Below are positions 60,756-64,000 of a DNA stretch of 64,000 nt, piece after piece. A model generated the notes under the pieces. That model was given only the letters and a program-made list of their open reading frames with translations, ran no database searches and was not told the origin of the DNA. How positions within the stretch are numbered: position 1 is the first letter of the stretch; each line of letters starts with the position of its first letter. Source of the stretch: Macrostomum lignano. Lineage: Eukaryota. The position numbers and the translations under genes are program-made. The stretch is from the NCBI GenBank assembly GCA_002269645.1, contig NIVC01002112.1:124001-188000 (forward strand). Reading direction: 5' to 3'.

Positions 60756-62159
60756 TCACTGTCTGACTGCCGCTTGCATGAGCAGCTGCTGATTAAAAAG
60801 ATTCTCAAGAAAACTTCTCACCAGATATATATACCTTAAACCTTAGTACGTCCTTAGTAAGTTCTTAGACACCCCTCCTGTCTCTGCATCTGTTCAATCG
60901 ATTTTTGTAAAAATTTACACAAAACATTGACCAATATGTAATGAATTCAGTGCTGAGGGTTTACAGAGCAAAAGCAATCGATCATTTATTGAGGGACCTA
61001 CGAAATTAGCAATACGATTTTAAACTCAACAAAATGTAACAGTTAACGAGCAAACAGTTCAAACTTCAAACTGACAAGTTCCAGAGCTTAAAATACAGAT
61101 CACCAATCGTGAAAATCTTCAGAAGAATCTTCATTCCGTCGAATGCACTTGTCATATCGCATCGGCAACTCCTCAGTTCTCATCCTCAATCCACGCCGGC
61201 CACATATCCTTAGGTGTCGCTCTGATCAGCCCCTCCGCAGCCGCTTGCAGCTCAGGGGAAGCTGGCGAACCGCTGGCCTCTTGGAATCATCCTGTGTGCT
61301 GAATCTGCTCAGATTGAACTCGTCTCCCAGAGCTGAAATTGCCGCCCTTTGTTGCAAGCAGACTTCGTGTCGGCGACTCTTTTGCTGTTAAACCATCTGA
61401 GGCTGGTTCCGCGTCTCAGCGTCTGAATCTCTGCGCACTCTGGCTATGCTGCTTACTGCTTTGTTCTTTTTTCTCTTTAATCCATGACTAAACCTTCACA
61501 GCTTGCATTAGTATTAAATCAATACTCAGCGGGAGCAGTGATATTTTGGAGCTGCAATGTCACCACTGGAGTCCAGATTCGATGCTCTTCAAAAATCGTA
61601 TTGCTAATTTCGTGGGTTCCTCAGTAGATGATCGATTGCTTTTGCTCTGTCAACCCGATTAAGCTGAAACATTAGCACTGAATTCATTACATATTGGCCC
61701 ATGTTTGTGTAAATTTTTACAGAAATCGATTGAACAGATGCAGAGATGGAAGGGGTGTCTAAGAACCTTTATTTTATCCAGCAACCTATAATTACTATTA
61801 TACAGCGAATGGTCACGATCCAAGCATGAACTATACGGGCGATTTGCAATCAAACATGACAAGTCAGCCCTGTTTATTTTATCACTCTTGCTGTGCTTCG
61901 AGGTTTGAACAGAAGTCTCCTAGCTCTTTGCTCCGCAAATTCTTTGTTTGTCTTTGTTTGTCTTTGTTTAGTTTTACTCTGGTGCTACAAAAAATATTCT
62001 ATATTCGTCTTTGTCACAGATGTTGCAGTCGCATTCGCTTTTAATACGTCGAACACGCGGCTGTTTGTCTGCTTTTCGTAACTTGGTTAATTGGTTTGTC
62101 AAATGTTCTTAAATAATTTTGTCTCTATTGCGTTTCAACACATGTAACACATGCATGGC

Positions 62160-62470
62160 TTGGGCTTATGAAATAAAAAGAAGACAATATGAAAATAAAT
62201 CCTTGACTACATGTACATAAAACCTACATAAAATATAACAGATTAATACGAGGTGCATGCTAAATTAAAGAAAATGTAATCCTCGCTGCCCCAGATCAAA
62301 TGCAAGCATTGATTTTCTAATGAGAAAATCATTTTTTTCTATCTCCTCAAGGGCAATCTTGGAAAATTTTCCATGAAAGTGGCCTCCAAAAAGTAAAACG
62401 ATCTTAGAGTTTTCCGTCTAATACTACAGTGGTGCTTGCATAAATCATGCTATCTGTAATGCCATTTTGT
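62160..62470. repeat. Diverged interspersed repeat, copy B (MITE-free form of 500-1090)
   Basis: See copy A. Confidence 0.75.
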
Positions 62471-62534
62471 TGAGTAGACTTCTGTAAAGTTTTTAAATTC
62501 TCCTTTACATTTGCCATATCATGCAATGGAGGGT

Positions 62535-62631
62535 TCATCGGAAGTCAGAGTTTAAGGCAATGGCCTTTGACATGGCCTTGCTACCGCCGCTCGTGTCAAA
62601 GGCCATTGCCTTAAACTCTGACTTCCGATGA
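62535..62631. other. Perfect 38-bp inverted repeat with 21-nt spacer (hairpin/cruciform)
   Basis: tcatcggaagtcagagtttaaggcaatggcctttgaca (62535-62572) / tgtcaaaggccattgccttaaactctgacttccgatga (62594-62631). Confidence 0.95.
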
Positions 62632-62887
62632 GCATCATTGCTTAAAATTTCAAAACTCTTACGTAATCTACGCACTTTATGTACACTATCGTGAATTCTT
62701 ATCAGTCGATGCTGCTAAGGGGGTTTGAGATAAGGTTACCTCCACCTCGCCTATGTCTCACCTTTAAGTCGCGCACCTGAAATCACCCACCCCTTACTCT
62801 GCACCCACCCCTAAATTAATTACAAATATAAATATTTGCGTGTCTAGAGGTCAAATCTCAGATAGAGAAAAGCGGACGGCTGCAGAG

Positions 62888-63942
62888 ATGGAGGCACCGC
62901 TCATTAATTGGAAGCATTTGCCCTGCAGTGAGCTGGGCAACGTGACCAAGGACGAATTGAATTTTGTTTCGGAGGCTTCTTACAATGACAGAAGGGACGA
63001 CGAGTTCGCTAGATTTCTCGAATTCATTCAAAAGGAGCCCGAGCCCGATGAGCATCTGCCGCTCCTGTAGGAAGGCGGCGTAGATATCAGCGCCATGGAC
63101 ATCGCCGAGATTGTCAGCCTACCAGCAGACAGCAGGAAGCACATGATCAGCCATGGACAGCGGTTCAGGACATTCCTCACAGAGGAAAATCTTCAGCGCA
63201 ATTTACAAACCATTCCGAATTCGGTGCTCAACCAATACATTCGCTACTTCTACTTTAAACTGAAGAAGATTGACGGCGAACCCTACTCTCCCGCATCGCT
63301 GGTGTGCATCAGGGCTGGACTGCAGCGCTATTTGCGAATGATCGAGAAGCTAACCGTTGACATCATCAATGGAGAAGACTTTTCTTCTGAAAATAGCATG
63401 CTGCGTGTGAAGGTTCGAGACTTTCACCGGAGTGGTGGGAGGACGCAGCAGTTTGAGCCAATCGAGGAGGGGGACATGAGGAAGCTGATGATCTACTTCC
63501 AAGGCAGCACAGCTGAAGTTGAGCAGGACAAATTCTTATTCTACATCATATACAGCTTTGGCGAGCGAGGCCAGGAGCACCTCAAGTTCTTGAAGGATAG
63601 AAGCTCACTTCAATTGCACGTCGACTCTGATGGAAAGCCGTACTACTGTCTGCCTCCGTTGCCCTCGAAAAATAAGTCAGCAGATCCAGAGAAGGCCAAG
63701 AAGCAGCCGGACAACAAGCAGGCCAGAATTTACGACGTGGAAAAGGTGGAGAAATACCTCAAGCTGCTTCCAGTTACAACGAAGGACAACAATCTGTTTC
63801 CTCGTCCTTTGGCCAGCCGCAACGATGGAGGCCCTGTTTTCTCCTCGAAGCAGAACCGTGGAGAGAATTATCTGAGTGGCTTCATGAGAAACTTGAGTAC
63901 GAAGGTGGGACTTGCGAAGACCTACACGAATCATTGCATTCG
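62888..63942 (+). mobile_element. Crypton-type (DUF3504/KCTD1/ZMYM-related) tyrosine recombinase, 5' part; in-frame TAG at 63068-63070; continues past an intron at 63943 beyond the window
   Basis: KLKKIDGEPYSPASLVCIRAGLQRYL, YSFGERGQEHLKFL, LFPRP, GENYLSGFMRNLSTKVGLAKTYTNHCIR are the R and H-x-x-R motifs typical of Crypton YRs. ORFs 62840-63070 and 63095-63946 are in the same frame. Donor cg|gtaaga. Confidence 0.85.
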
Positions 63943-64000
63943 GTAAGACTGATAAATTAATAATAGTAACTTTAATTATGTTATGATACATGTTATGTTA

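Noticed and set aside
60239-60808. 189-aa antisense ORF
   Set aside because: Shadow of the GC-rich last TMEM8 exon.

Overview
Eukaryotic (metazoan) genomic DNA. It has GC-rich, poly-Ala/poly-Gln exons and GT-AG introns, and nearly every intron carries its own minisatellite. That style resembles the flatworm Macrostomum lignano (inference only). Five spliced genes were reconstructed by hand from frame-consistent splice sites: Staufen (+); a Dpr/ZIG-8-like two-Ig protein with a signal peptide and GPI-type tail (-); an ELAV/Hu protein that appears to lack RRM3 (-); FoxD (-); and a TMEM8/PGAP6-family EGF + CREST-domain membrane protein (+). The window also holds a possible orphan ORF, the 5' part of a Crypton/DUF3504-type tyrosine recombinase (+, running off the end), several MITE/foldback and palindromic elements, and long microsatellites. 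The most unusual signal is that several tandem arrays are built from splice signals. These are 8 in-frame copies of a 3' splice site in the Dpr-like gene, 30 copies of an exon end plus 5' splice site in FoxD, 7 donor copies after another Dpr-like exon, and 6 complete 10-nt-exon/GT..AG units in a TMEM8 intron. Most ORFs in the supplied track are artefacts of tandem repeats. No rRNA, tRNA or CRISPR array was recognised. All gene models are manual and unverified by transcripts.
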